This document shows positions 19,522 through 29,504 of a stretch of 64,000 nucleotides of DNA, one piece after another (positions within the stretch are counted from its first letter, which is position 1; every line of letters begins with the position of its first letter). Position numbers and translations under genes: made by a program. The notes beneath the pieces are model-generated. The model was not told the DNA's origin and searched no databases. It saw nothing but the letters and a program-made list of their open reading frames with translations. The stretch comes from Sedimentisphaeraceae bacterium JB056 (GTDB taxonomy: Bacteria > Planctomycetota > Phycisphaerae > Sedimentisphaerales > Sedimentisphaeraceae). Location: assembly GCA_044440125.1 (NCBI GenBank), contig JBITAJ010000006.1:35840-99839 (forward strand), given 5' to 3'.

Positions 19522-19995
19522 TCATTCATTGCTGTATGGTATTACCATTACTGCGCAGTGGGCTTTTCTAACGATTTTTTCTGAGACGTTTCCGGAAAGA
19601 GCTTTTGTCAGTGAGCCGTGGCCCTGGCGTCCGAGTACTATCAGATCTATATCCATTTCCCTGGCGTATTCAAGTATCTGTTCGGAATCCTTGCCAACGC
19701 GGCACTGCACTTCCATTTCCATTCCTGCGGGCAGTTTACTGCGGTATGCCTCTTCGATTCTGGCATCTATATCGTGCTTTGCCTTGATATCAACGCCCTC
19801 GACCTCATAAATATACTGCTTCCAGAATTGTGATTCGCTTTCCGGGATTACATGCAGAAGATAGAGCTTTGCGTTTTCTCTCTTCATTGCCGCATCTACG
19901 GCATAATTGAATGCAAAGTCGGCATTTTGCGAAAAGTCAGTACAGAAAAGTATGCGATCAAGCGAAGTTTTCGGAAATTGCTGTGTATTTTCCAT
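19522..19995 (-). CDS. Universal stress protein
   Basis: ILFCTDFS, LYLLHV, DLIVLGRQG, GNVSEKIVRKAHCAVMV. Confidence 0.92.
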   Translation of the reverse strand: MENTQQFPKTSLDRILFCTDFSQNADFAFNYAVDAAMKRENAKLYLLHVIPESESQFWKQYIYEVEGVDIKAKHDIDARIEEAYRSKLPAGMEMEVQCRVGKDSEQILEYAREMDIDLIVLGRQGHGSLTKALSGNVSEKIVRKAHCAVMVIPYSNE

Positions 19996-20048
19996 TTTAA
20001 ATCCTCCGTTAGTTTAACCACGAATTATACTAAAATCACTAAATGATA

Positions 20049-21350
20049 TCAGCCTACAAGTTCAGGTAGGAACAAACACAGTTTTGGGAATATCATAAGC
20101 AGAATCGCCCCGATTATAAGCGAAAGCAAGAACGGCATAGAGCCGCGGAATATCTTTTGCAGCGGCACATCGCGTTCAATTCCGCTTACTACATACACAT
20201 TAACACCAACCGGCGGTGAGATAACACCCATCTGTGTTACCACAACGATTATTACTCCAAACCATATCGGATTGAATCCAAGCTGTATTATTACAGGATA
20301 GAAGATCGGTATGGTGAGCAGAATCAGTGCCAGAGCATCCACAAAACAACCGACGAACAGATAGAACAATATTATTATTCCGATGATCATCCAGCCCGGC
20401 AGCGGCAAGGAACACAAGCAGTTTGCCAGTTCGAATGGGATTCTTGTTACTGCCAAAAAATGCCCGAATATTACCGCGCCGGTAACTATTATCATTACCA
20501 TGCATGATGTTCTTACTGTTTCGTTCAGCGAACGAGCCAGCATTTTGTAGCTCATTTTACCTCTGCATAATGCTATTATCATACTTCCTGCCGCACCGAT
20601 TGCCGCAGCTTCGGTTGGAGTGAAGAAACCGGCAAACATTCCGCCAATAACGATTATGAAGAGTATTATTGTTTCGAGGATTCCTGCAAGTGATTTGAGT
20701 TTTTCGCCAATCGTGAAGCCTTCCGCGGCAGGGCCCAGATGTTTATGGCGTTTGCAGTTTATATATATCACGAGGCAGAACAGGAACGCTATAAGTACGC
20801 CGGGAACAATTCCTGCAATAAAAAGTTGGCCTACGGATTGCTCTGTGAGTATTGCGTATACGATAAAAACAACGCTTGGCGGAATCAGCATACCGAGGCT
20901 TCCGCCTGCGGCTACCGCACCGCAGCTCAGTTCCATATCATATTTATACTTTTTCATTTCCGGTATGGCAACGAGAGCCATAGTCGCGGCAGTTGCCGGA
21001 CCGGATCCGCATATTGCCCCGAATGCCGTGCATGCACCTACGGTTGCCATTGCAAGGCCGCCGGGAAGATGTCCAAGCCATTTATAAGCGGCATTAAAAA
21101 GTCTGCTGCTTATGCCGGAATGGAACGAAATTTGTCCCATAAGTATAAACAGCGGTATAACAGTGAGGCTGTATGATGAAAAAGTTTCGTAAAGGTCTAC
21201 TGTTATCACGCTTGCCGCAGCCTGTGGCGATACGATTATCGCAAATCCAATAAAACCTACGATTGCCATGGAGAACGCTACCGGCATACTTGCCGCAAGC
21301 AGTATTAAGAGTAAAATGCATCCGGTTATACCAACCTGTACAGGTGTCAT
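20049..21350 (-). CDS. TRAP transporter large permease (DctM family)
   Basis: IPLFILMG, GGSLGMLIPPS, FTPTEAA, ISPPVG. Confidence 0.93.
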   Translation of the reverse strand: MTPVQVGITGCILLLILLAASMPVAFSMAIVGFIGFAIIVSPQAAASVITVDLYETFSSYSLTVIPLFILMGQISFHSGISSRLFNAAYKWLGHLPGGLAMATVGACTAFGAICGSGPATAATMALVAIPEMKKYKYDMELSCGAVAAGGSLGMLIPPSVVFIVYAILTEQSVGQLFIAGIVPGVLIAFLFCLVIYINCKRHKHLGPAAEGFTIGEKLKSLAGILETIILFIIVIGGMFAGFFTPTEAAAIGAAGSMIIALCRGKMSYKMLARSLNETVRTSCMVMIIVTGAVIFGHFLAVTRIPFELANCLCSLPLPGWMIIGIIILFYLFVGCFVDALALILLTIPIFYPVIIQLGFNPIWFGVIIVVVTQMGVISPPVGVNVYVVSGIERDVPLQKIFRGSMPFLLSLIIGAILLMIFPKLCLFLPELVG

Positions 21351-21856
21351 AGCTTTATCATCTCCCGGTTTGGATTAACAAGGTTGTAGAGTATAACGAG
21401 GGTTACGATCAGGCAGCAGAAGGAAATTACATGTGCTATCCAGAATACAGGGAGCTGCAGGGTTTGGGTTACCTGACCGGTTCTGTAAAGCTCGATTCCG
21501 TACATGAAACTTCTTACTGTGAGGAATGTAAAGAGACTACTTGATATGCATCGCATTATAGCATCAACGGCGATACGGCTCTTTCTGCCAAGTTTGTGGA
21601 AGAAGAACTCAATCGCCACATGCCCTTTGACTGCTGTTGTGTACGGCAGGGCCGCAGCCAATGTTATGGCACTAAGCAGTTTTACAAGATCGTAAGCTCC
21701 GGCGACCGGAAAACCGAATCGCCGGAGTATGACATCTGCACAAGTTATTGCTATCATTACGAAGACACTGGTTCCTGATATGAATATCAGCGTTTTGACG
21801 ATTGAACGCAGTGTTGTAACGTAAGTGTTTGATATCTTTTTAAAAAAATCAGCCAT
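21347..21856 (-). CDS. TRAP transporter small permease (DctQ family)
   Basis: Four hydrophobic segments, DVILR, GHVAIE; lies between dctP- and dctM-like genes. Confidence 0.9.
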   Translation of the reverse strand: MADFFKKISNTYVTTLRSIVKTLIFISGTSVFVMIAITCADVILRRFGFPVAGAYDLVKLLSAITLAAALPYTTAVKGHVAIEFFFHKLGRKSRIAVDAIMRCISSSLFTFLTVRSFMYGIELYRTGQVTQTLQLPVFWIAHVISFCCLIVTLVILYNLVNPNREMIKL

Positions 21857-21867
21857 GAGGTTGAGTG

Positions 21868-22926
21868 TTATTTTTCCTGATATTCAAGGATAAGCTCTTT
21901 AATGCGGCTTAGGAATTCTTCGCCTTTCAAGCCCTTTTCGGTAGTGTTTTTGCTGTATTCAGCAAGTATCGGTTCAACTTTTTCCTCGAAAAGCTTGTTT
22001 TGCTCATCTGAAAGAGTTATGACTTCGTGTCCAAGCTCTTTTATGAAAGCGAATCCCTCAGCATCTGCCTGATCCCAGGCTGCTCCGTGTTTCGCTACCC
22101 ACTCATTACTTACTTCAGTGAACACAGACTTCTGCTCTTCGCTCAGGCTGTTCCATTTTGCCTTGTTCATTACAACAAACATTGATGTTGTGTAACCGAT
22201 GGCAGATGTGTCGGTAACTGATTCGATTACCTCGCCTTGCTTCCAACCCTTGAGTGTCTCTGCGGGGCAGAATGTTGCTTCTACTACACCTTTTTGCAAT
22301 GCTTCGTAGGTTTCCGGCTGGCTCATAGCTATAGGAGTAGCACCAAGGCTTGTTACTATCTTTGAAGAAAGACCGGTAGCTCTTATTTTCATACCGCTCA
22401 TGTCTTCAAGGCTGTTTACCGGCTTCTTTGAAGCCAGTATTCCAGGGCCGTGAGCATGGATGTAGAGCAGCTTAACATCTGAGAGTTCTGCAGGCTCGAA
22501 TTCTTTTGCCATTTGTGTGGCTATTGTTGTTGCAGCCATTCCTGAAGGGTAACCCAATGGAAGATCGAGACCTTCGAGCAGAGGGAATCTGCCGCGAGTA
22601 TATGCAAAGCAGCTCATTCCTATATCTGATATGCCGTTGACAACGCCATCATAGCACTGTGGTGCTTTTGTGAGTGTGCCTGCGGGATAAATGGTAATCT
22701 CAACGCTGCCGTTAGTGCGTTTCTTGATTTCTTCTGCCCAAGCTTCAGCAGTCTTGCACTGAATGTGTGATGGTGGAAAGAATACGCTGTAAGATAGTTT
22801 TACAACATCTTGCTTTGCTTCTTTTGTTCCACTGTTAGCGTTGTCAGGCGCTTTCTTACAACCACCTATTATCGCTAAACTTAAAGCGATTACCACTACA
22901 ACACTGATGGCTCTGAATGTTCTCAT
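21868..22926 (-). CDS. TRAP transporter substrate-binding lipoprotein (DctP family)
   Basis: Lipobox-like [35 protein letters not shown]. Confidence 0.92.
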   Translation of the reverse strand: MRTFRAISVVVVIALSLAIIGGCKKAPDNANSGTKEAKQDVVKLSYSVFFPPSHIQCKTAEAWAEEIKKRTNGSVEITIYPAGTLTKAPQCYDGVVNGISDIGMSCFAYTRGRFPLLEGLDLPLGYPSGMAATTIATQMAKEFEPAELSDVKLLYIHAHGPGILASKKPVNSLEDMSGMKIRATGLSSKIVTSLGATPIAMSQPETYEALQKGVVEATFCPAETLKGWKQGEVIESVTDTSAIGYTTSMFVVMNKAKWNSLSEEQKSVFTEVSNEWVAKHGAAWDQADAEGFAFIKELGHEVITLSDEQNKLFEEKVEPILAEYSKNTTEKGLKGEEFLSRIKELILEYQEK

Positions 22927-23109
22927 TGCATTATCTCCTGTAATACCAATAAACTAAAAATTAAGGGCAAAACGCAAACACAGATAACACGATTACGCTT
23001 CAACCCACACTACCTTAATTGTGGCATTTTACACATACTTAAAGAAAAAAGCAAATAACTTCCAACTATTTAGTACGGTTTCGTATATGCTGATTTCATC
23101 AAAATAAGC

Positions 23110-23150
23110 AAAAAAAAGGCCGACTGCCATATCTCTGGCTGCCGGCCTTT
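23110..23150 (-). terminator. Probable intrinsic terminator
   Basis: AAAGGCCG...CGGCCTTT stem with an A run on + strand, downstream of the 23173 stop. Confidence 0.65.
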
Positions 23151-23172
23151 ATGTATTTCAGTCTTACAAGAA

Positions 23173-25518
23173 TCAATTACTGATCTGTCCGCTTCTTGCT
23201 CCCTCAATCTCTGCAAGTTTTCTTACAAGCTCCTCTTCATCAGACTGATACATCCAGTTCAGTACATTATTGAAATCATCGCCCTGAGGCAATTTTGATA
23301 AGCTGTAAAGAGAGATTAGTCTTATTGGCCATTTAGGATCCTGAAGTGCGGCTGAATATCTTGCGTTTGCATCAAAAGCAGTACCGGCATTTCTAAGGAC
23401 ATCAAGCATCAGGAATTTTACCTGCCAGTTATCTTCCTCGAATGTGATCTTGAAAGCTTCTTCAAGCATTTCTACTGGTATGGCTTTATGCCTGTATAAT
23501 ACGCCGTATTTCTCAGCGGCCTTTTGTTCGGCAATAAGTCCACTTATCAACTTGATTGTATTGAGTTTTTGCCCCGATTGCCCAGTTCTGAGATTTTCTA
23601 TTTTCTTTTCGATAAGGTTTTTAGTAAGTATAACCCCCACTCTCTTACCTGATGTAAGTGCCATTGGGATCTTACTGCTGATTTGACCTTGGTAGTCTGT
23701 CTCTGGGTCGAAATACGCCTGGAAAGTCAGATTCAGATTTGCCTGAGGGAAGTCTCTCAGTATTTTGCTGAGTCTTGTTGCTTCAGTATTGAGATTTATC
23801 GGTATGCACAGCGTGCCGTCAGGTTTGATTGGTGATACCGGCGTAACTCTCTTGCGTATTTCAACCGGCTCAATGCCTTCTATGTCACCCGCAATTCCTA
23901 CTTTTATGTAGATTTCACCGCGGAAGAAAGAATTGTCAGTTATGACAAGCGGCTGTTTACCGTTGTTGCTTATTACTACATAAAGGCCGAGGTCCGAGCC
24001 GTAGCCGAATTCAACACCGCTTAGGCTTACCTTAGTGGTGATAACGTCTTCGGGTTTATAAAACTCAGGGACGGCTGAATCCAAAAAGTTGCTTTTCAAT
24101 AATTGTTTAAGAGCGTATGGGTCGTTTTCCGGTATGTATTCAGAGCCGGCGGCATTGAGTCTGTCGTGTGCCATTTCTGCTACAAAAGATCCCGGTTCCA
24201 TCGATATTATTTGTCTTAAAGTATTAAGATATGCGGCAACATCGGACTTCTCGAATTGAACAAGAGCATATGTGTAAGCTGCTATCTGGTTGTAGTCCTT
24301 CATTACCTCAACCATTTCTTCGGCGGTATTTATATCGCCTGATTGAAGCAGTGTATATGCGTATAGTGATTTTATGTCTATGGAATCGCTGTTTTTCGCA
24401 TAGGCTCTTTTAGCCATATCCGCAGCCATTCGTTTATCGGGGTTCATGAATGCATAGAAATAGGTAAGCCCCTGTTCGTTTACACCCGGATGACCTGTTG
24501 AAAGCATCTGCATTGCAGTGCTTGAGAGAGTTTCGAGTCTTGTCTTGCGCTGTGAGGCTGACAATGGCTCAGACATTATTGAGATGTACTCTACTGCCAG
24601 GTTGAAGCTTCCTTGTGCCCTGATTTTATTTACAATCTTAAGGGTATTAGCTTCTCCATATTCAACGTTATAAGCACTCATTATCCAGGGCAGATAAACT
24701 CTCTCGGGTATCGGCTGGTCAGGATTCTGGTATTTATAGACATCCGACGCATACTTGTATGTCCCTCTTGCTGTTTCGAACAAGCCGTACTGATACGCAT
24801 AGTCGGCGTAGTCGAGGGCCAGTTCAAGACTGTAGGGATTCAGCGTGATCTTACGCCTTAAATACGGAGCCATCAGAGGTACTGTGACAAAATCTGGGGA
24901 GACTTCACCAAGTTTCTCAAATGCAACTACATTATAGGCATTATTATTATAAGCATCCAGGAAGTGTTTTGCCGCCGAATTGAAATCAGCTGTCTCAGCT
25001 GCCAGAATTCCAAGATAAGTATCAATTTGGGAAGCGAACTGCTCATTGCTTGAGCCAAGGTCTTGTGAAAGCGACTTAAGTATCGCTTCACGCTGCTCGC
25101 GGTTATTGACTTTTGACAATAGATATGTTACAGCCTGCATTGCCAATTCGGCATCAGATGTCGCACTTACATATTTATACAGTTGTCCGCGAACGAACTT
25201 TGAATAGTCGACCCTTGAATCGATAGACGCTGCCTGTAATATTTGCGGCAGCATGGTATTGATCGATTTATCGAGTTTTTCAGCAGCTCTGAGTATATTG
25301 ACAGCCTCTTTTGCCTCCTGTATGGAAACGTCATCAGGTTCAAGTATTTCGCAAGCCAGATTGTAAAGAGTCTCGGCAGATTGAGGTGAATAAAGTCCAA
25401 TTTTATTCTTTTCCTCAAGCACGCTGGAAAATGAAGAGTCCGCAATACGATCTTCCGCGGCAAACAACACGCAGCTAAACAGAGAAATTGTCGCGATAAC
25501 AGCTATTTTTTTTAACAT
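23173..25518 (-). CDS. Secreted alpha-helical (TPR/HEAT-like) hypothetical protein
   Basis: Signal peptide MLKKIAVIATISLFSCVLFA at ATG 25518 (ATG 25593 overlaps a TATAAT box); helical repeats; C-terminal HEAT-like DPKWPIR...DEEELVR. Confidence 0.65.
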   Translation of the reverse strand: MLKKIAVIATISLFSCVLFAAEDRIADSSFSSVLEEKNKIGLYSPQSAETLYNLACEILEPDDVSIQEAKEAVNILRAAEKLDKSINTMLPQILQAASIDSRVDYSKFVRGQLYKYVSATSDAELAMQAVTYLLSKVNNREQREAILKSLSQDLGSSNEQFASQIDTYLGILAAETADFNSAAKHFLDAYNNNAYNVVAFEKLGEVSPDFVTVPLMAPYLRRKITLNPYSLELALDYADYAYQYGLFETARGTYKYASDVYKYQNPDQPIPERVYLPWIMSAYNVEYGEANTLKIVNKIRAQGSFNLAVEYISIMSEPLSASQRKTRLETLSSTAMQMLSTGHPGVNEQGLTYFYAFMNPDKRMAADMAKRAYAKNSDSIDIKSLYAYTLLQSGDINTAEEMVEVMKDYNQIAAYTYALVQFEKSDVAAYLNTLRQIISMEPGSFVAEMAHDRLNAAGSEYIPENDPYALKQLLKSNFLDSAVPEFYKPEDVITTKVSLSGVEFGYGSDLGLYVVISNNGKQPLVITDNSFFRGEIYIKVGIAGDIEGIEPVEIRKRVTPVSPIKPDGTLCIPINLNTEATRLSKILRDFPQANLNLTFQAYFDPETDYQGQISSKIPMALTSGKRVGVILTKNLIEKKIENLRTGQSGQKLNTIKLISGLIAEQKAAEKYGVLYRHKAIPVEMLEEAFKITFEEDNWQVKFLMLDVLRNAGTAFDANARYSAALQDPKWPIRLISLYSLSKLPQGDDFNNVLNWMYQSDEEELVRKLAEIEGARSGQISN

Positions 25519-25671
25519 AATTTTATAAGATCCCGCCTTAATAAAACTAAAATAAGCATAATTTAAGTCCAGATATGCTCTGGAGTGTGGCATTATACTA
25601 TATTACCCTATATGTAGTCAAATGTTTTCAGAAAAGGTAAATCTTCGTTTTTGAAGTCGTAATAACCGTAC

Positions 25672-25700
25672 TTGCTTTGTATGTTAATTTTCTGTATAAT
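25672..25700 (+). promoter_or_regulatory. Sigma70-type promoter for the leuD operon
   Basis: TTGCTT-17 nt-TATAAT. Confidence 0.6.
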
Positions 25701-25760
25701 GTGCGGGTTTTGGTGAATTTAATGTTGTAAATTTAATAGTGTAATATATTAAAAGGAAAT

Positions 25761-26240
25761 ATGATGGCAACAGCACATACTTATAAACGTGACCACATCA
25801 ATACCGATGAGATAATACCTGCAAGGTATCTCAATAGTGATACGCCTGAAGAGCTTGCTCCTCATTGTATGGAAGATCTTGATACAGGTTTTATGTCTAA
25901 GGCTAAGGCTGGAGATGTGATCGTAGGCGGTAAGGATTTTGGCTGTGGTTCAAGCCGTGAACACGCCGTTTGGGCAATACAGGGCGCAAAGCTTGGCGCG
26001 GTTATAGCCGAGTCTTTCGCAAGAATATTTTATCGCAACTGCATCAATTGCGGATTCTATGCGATTGAACTCCCTGATGCGCCGAATCTTATTGCAGATG
26101 GCGATGAGATAGAGATTGATTACAAAAGCGGTAAGATAGAAAACAAAACACAGAGCAAGACGATTGATTTTAAGCCGCTGCCTGATTTTGCACTTGAAAT
26201 AATTGATGACGGCGGTTTGCTTAATCATATTACGAAGTAA
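25761..26240 (+). CDS. leuD: 3-isopropylmalate dehydratase small subunit
   Basis: [38 protein letters not shown]. Confidence 0.92.
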   Translation: MMATAHTYKRDHINTDEIIPARYLNSDTPEELAPHCMEDLDTGFMSKAKAGDVIVGGKDFGCGSSREHAVWAIQGAKLGAVIAESFARIFYRNCINCGFYAIELPDAPNLIADGDEIEIDYKSGKIENKTQSKTIDFKPLPDFALEIIDDGGLLNHITK

Positions 26241-26244
26241 GAAG

Positions 26245-26266
26245 AGTTCGCAGTTCGTAGTTAGTA
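26245..26266 (+). repeat. Left arm: heptamer array AGTTCGC-AGTTCGT-AGTTAGT
   Basis: Reverse complement of 26689-26710 with one mismatch in 22 nt. Confidence 0.9.
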
Positions 26267-26271
26267 ACAAG

Positions 26272-26643
26272 ATGAATAGCTATCAAACATACAGAGATTT
26301 ACTTGTTTGGCAAAGAGCAAAAGATATGGTGAAAGAAATCTATCTTATCACTAACTCATTTCCAGAGGAAGAAAAATTTGGACTTAAAAACCAAGTAAGG
26401 CGAGCGGCTGTTTCAGTACCAAGTAATATTGCGGAAGGCTATGGAAGAAGGACTGATTGTGATTTTGTGAGATTTTTGAGAATGGCAAGCGGGTCTTTGT
26501 ATGAAATGCAAACTCAAATAATAATTGCAAATGAACTTGGGTATATAGAGGATACTATTTTTTCAAAAGTATTTCAGGATACAGAGGAAATAGTTAAAAT
26601 GCTTAGAAGTTTAATAAAAACAATAAATGAAAAAAATAGTTGA
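26272..26643 (+). CDS. Four helix bundle protein (23S rRNA intervening-sequence protein / Avd-like family)
   Basis: YRDLLVWQRA, FPEEEKFGLKNQVRRAAVSVPSNIAEGYGR, F.RFL.MA.GSL.E..TQ; ATG at 26272 (123 aa). Confidence 0.93.
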   Translation: MNSYQTYRDLLVWQRAKDMVKEIYLITNSFPEEEKFGLKNQVRRAAVSVPSNIAEGYGRRTDCDFVRFLRMASGSLYEMQTQIIIANELGYIEDTIFSKVFQDTEEIVKMLRSLIKTINEKNS

Positions 26644-26669
26644 TGCAGTTTGCTATTTGGGGTTTACAT

Positions 26670-26710
26670 GTGGCTTTGCCGCATTTTCTACGAACTACGA
26701 ACTGCGAACT
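26670..26710 (+). repeat. 18-bp core GTGGCTTTGCCGCATTTT followed by right heptamer arm CTACGA-ACTACGA-ACTGCGA-ACT
   Basis: Core identical to the reverse complement of 34351-34368; arm inverted relative to 26245-26266. Confidence 0.88.
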
Positions 26711-26740
26711 AAATAACTAACATTAAGAGGATAATATATA

Positions 26741-27826
26741 ATGAATGAATATAAGATAGCAACGATTCCAGGTGATGGTACCGGCCCGGAAGTTATAGGC
26801 GAGGCTGTTAAGGTTTTGGCCGCCGCAGAGAAAAAGTTTGGTTTTAAGCTTAATATCACAGAATACGATCTGGGTGGAACACGATATCTCAAAACTGGCG
26901 AGACTCTTTCAGATGAGACTCTTGACGAGCTTCGCGGTTATGATTCTATACTCCTTGGAGCTATCGGACATACTGATATCAAACCTGGAATTCTCGAAAA
27001 GGGTGTGCTTTTGAAAGCCCGTTTTGGTCTTGATCAATACATAAACCTACGTCCAGTAAGGCTTTATCCAGGTGTGGAAAGCCCACTCAAAGGCAAAGGT
27101 CCTGATGAGATTGACTATGTAGTTATTCGTGAAAACACAGGTGGTGACTATACAGGCGTAGGCGGAACCATTATGGAAGGCACTGCTCAGGAAGTTGCGA
27201 CTCAGTGCAATACGTATACCCGTTTTCAGGTGGAACGCTGCCTGAGATATGCTTTCGAGTATGCCCGCAAGAATGGTAAAAAGGCACGTGGTAAAGGTGA
27301 GAATAATACTCTTGCACTTATCGGCAAAACCAACGTGTTGACATATGTTTACGGCCTGTGGGACAGGGCGTTCAATGAGATTGGCGATGCGGAATACCCG
27401 GATGTAAAACGCGAGTATTATCATGTTGACGCGGCATGTATATATATGGTTCAGTGCCCTGAGATATTTGACGTTATGGTTACCGGAAATATGTTTGGTG
27501 ATATCATAACCGACCTTGGTGCTATTACACAGGGTGGTCTTGGTATTGCTGCCGGTGGTAACATTAATCCTGAAGGTGTAAGCATGTTCGAGCCTATCGG
27601 TGGAACCGCACCTTCATTCACAGGTCTAAATCAGATCAATCCGCTTGCGGCTATATGCTCCGGTGCGATGCTGCTTGACACTCTCGGAGAGAATGAGGCG
27701 GCCGCAAAGATAGAAGCTTCTGTACGCTGGGCAACTGCTAATAAGCTTGAAAGCATGGTAGCAGCGAAGATGGGTTATTCTACTACCGAAGTTGGCGATA
27801 TGATTGCTGAAAAGGTAGCGGAATAA
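26741..27826 (+). CDS. leuB: 3-isopropylmalate dehydrogenase
   Basis: [45 protein letters not shown]; neighbours leuD. Confidence 0.88.
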   Translation: MNEYKIATIPGDGTGPEVIGEAVKVLAAAEKKFGFKLNITEYDLGGTRYLKTGETLSDETLDELRGYDSILLGAIGHTDIKPGILEKGVLLKARFGLDQYINLRPVRLYPGVESPLKGKGPDEIDYVVIRENTGGDYTGVGGTIMEGTAQEVATQCNTYTRFQVERCLRYAFEYARKNGKKARGKGENNTLALIGKTNVLTYVYGLWDRAFNEIGDAEYPDVKREYYHVDAACIYMVQCPEIFDVMVTGNMFGDIITDLGAITQGGLGIAAGGNINPEGVSMFEPIGGTAPSFTGLNQINPLAAICSGAMLLDTLGENEAAAKIEASVRWATANKLESMVAAKMGYSTTEVGDMIAEKVAE

Positions 27827-27867
27827 ACGGGAATCGAAAATTTATAACTGATAATGGAGGATTAATC

Positions 27868-28281
27868 ATGGCAGACGAAGAAAAAAAAATAATTGTAGAT
27901 GACGATTGGAAACAGCAGGCTAAAGCTGAAAAGGATAAACTTTCAGAAGAAGCCAAGAAAGAGAAGGAAGGCAAGGAAGAGGCTGCTGACCAGCAGAAAC
28001 GAAAATTCCCTGCCGGCAATTTTGCTTCACTTGTAAGTATGCTTACAACTCAGGTGCTTTTTGCTCTTGGTGTTGTTGTTCCCAAGGGAATGGAAGAGCA
28101 GAAGAATCCGGAACCGGATTTTGAGCTTGCCAAGTATAATATCGATATCCTCACCGATCTCCAGGAAAAAACCAAGGGGAATTTGAATGATGAGGAAGCT
28201 GATATGATAAAGCAGACTGTTACTCAGTTGCAGATGGCTTTTGTTCAGATAAAGAATGCTTCCGGAAAGACGGAAGAGTAA
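27868..28281 (+). CDS. DUF1844-type protein
   Basis: KIIVDDDWKQQAKAEK, AKYNIDIL..LQEKTKGNL..EE. Confidence 0.8.
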   Translation: MADEEKKIIVDDDWKQQAKAEKDKLSEEAKKEKEGKEEAADQQKRKFPAGNFASLVSMLTTQVLFALGVVVPKGMEEQKNPEPDFELAKYNIDILTDLQEKTKGNLNDEEADMIKQTVTQLQMAFVQIKNASGKTEE

Positions 28282-28289
28282 TCAATTAT

Positions 28290-28333
28290 AACAGCGGCAG
28301 CATTTTCTGATGAGGGTGTTGTCGCTGTTTTTT
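28290..28333 (+). terminator. Intrinsic terminator
   Basis: AACAGCGGCAGCATTTTC/GAGGGTGTTGTCGCTGTT stem (G-U rich) plus a T tract. Confidence 0.7.
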
Positions 28334-28350
28334 ATTTAAGGAGTTTGTTT

Positions 28351-28956
28351 ATGTGGAAGGTTTTGAATAGCCCGATAATTGTTGTGTTTTTTGCGTTTCT
28401 TTTGCTCATAGGAGCCATGCGATTTCAAAAACCACGCTTTGCGATGGAACTGCGTGCCGCTTCAGATGAGATTGACAGGATAATAAAGGAAAGTGGAACC
28501 GATTCTGAGAAGGCCAAGGCTGTCAGGGATTTTGCTAATTCTCTGGCTTCCAATTTACGGGATGGCTTTAAGAGCGGTTTGGTTTCAGGTAATGATGGTG
28601 TCAAAGAGCTTGATGAAGCAGAAATTCTGTTTCTTGATGTGAAAGAGAAGCTTGTTGTAAGCGATATAAAAAAGGTTGATTCGGGTTGGGATAATCAGGA
28701 AAAACACATCTTTACGTTAAAAAACAATTCAGACAAATATGTTACCTCTATCAGCGTTTCGATGGAATATTACAAAGGTCAGGAGCTTCTTGACTGCGAG
28801 CAGAAATGGCTGAGCAATATAAAGGTAATGGCTCCGGGCGAGGAGGTTGCAGTAGCACAGACCCGTAGGCTGCCTGATAATGAAAGAGATGCAAATGTGA
28901 GTGACAGGGCAGTAGTTGTGCCGATTTCATTCACAATAAAAAACGCCCCGCAGTGA
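28351..28956 (+). CDS. Hypothetical membrane-anchored protein with C-terminal beta-rich (FxLYD-like) domain
   Basis: N-terminal TM segment; TLKNNSDK...MEYY...LLD...MAPGE pattern. Confidence 0.6.
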   Translation: MWKVLNSPIIVVFFAFLLLIGAMRFQKPRFAMELRAASDEIDRIIKESGTDSEKAKAVRDFANSLASNLRDGFKSGLVSGNDGVKELDEAEILFLDVKEKLVVSDIKKVDSGWDNQEKHIFTLKNNSDKYVTSISVSMEYYKGQELLDCEQKWLSNIKVMAPGEEVAVAQTRRLPDNERDANVSDRAVVVPISFTIKNAPQ

Positions 28957-29041
28957 AAACTGTAGGGCGTCAATTCGTTCAAACAAGATTCAATTGCCGA
29001 AAACCAACGACGGGCATTTAGGCAATCTATTCAAAACTTGA

Positions 29042-29317
29042 TTAAGCTTCTTTCGCTATCATAGCGTTGAGCTTCTTTGTAAGACGAGATTTCTTGCGTG
29101 ATGCAGTATTCTTGTGCATCGTGCTTGTAGCCGCAACTTTATCAAGAAGACGTGTAGTCTTGCCAAGAAGTTCCTTAGCGGAATCAAGGTCGTGGTTACG
29201 TACAGCAAGCTCAAACTTCTTGATAGCTGTCTTAACCGTACTCTTACGTACATTGTTGATAACTTTGCGTTTAGCGTTCTGTCTTACTCTTTTTTTCGCT
29301 GATAAAGAATGTGCCAC
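29042..29317 (-). CDS. rpsT: 30S ribosomal protein S20
   Basis: MAHSLSAKKRVRQ...HKNTASRKKSRL. Confidence 0.97.
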   Translation of the reverse strand: MAHSLSAKKRVRQNAKRKVINNVRKSTVKTAIKKFELAVRNHDLDSAKELLGKTTRLLDKVAATSTMHKNTASRKKSRLTKKLNAMIAKEA

Positions 29318-29444
29318 TTACTTTATCTCCTGATTTCTTAAGTATTTATATAATCTCGTTTTGACTGAGAGGTAATCTCTACACAATAGTAAACCGCAGA
29401 TTATACCGCTTGAAGCCTTTAAATCAAGCAAAAAACGTTATTTA

Positions 29445-29486
29445 AAATGAAAAAGGCGGGTAATTTGATACCCGCCTTTTTCATTT
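29445..29486 (-). terminator. Intrinsic terminator (bidirectional form)
   Basis: AAATGAAAAAGGCGGGTA/TACCCGCCTTTTTCATTT perfect 18-bp stem. Confidence 0.85.
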
Positions 29487-29504
29487 ATCTTGAAATTCTT
29501 AAGA

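Noticed and set aside
20017..20045. Degenerate 9-nt periodic stretch (CACGAATTA TACTAAAAT CACTAAATG); similar weak period at 17325-17347
   Set aside because: Only two or three poor units, no inverted partner or associated gene; could be chance.
25519..25593. Upstream ATG extension of the helical-repeat protein
   Set aside because: Overlaps the -10 box; the signal peptide begins at ATG 25518.
26203..26271. Longer 146-aa start for the four-helix-bundle ORF
   Set aside because: Overlaps leuD and merely translates the repeat arm; family similarity starts at ATG 26272.
26272..26643. Diversity-generating retroelement, suggested by the Avd-like protein
   Set aside because: No reverse transcriptase and no template/variable repeat pair with adenine-specific mismatches seen in the window.
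27881..27889. A9 tract near the start of the DUF1844 gene; G5T8 tract at about 38179-38191
   Set aside because: Both frames are intact and encode ordinary residues; no evidence of phase variation.
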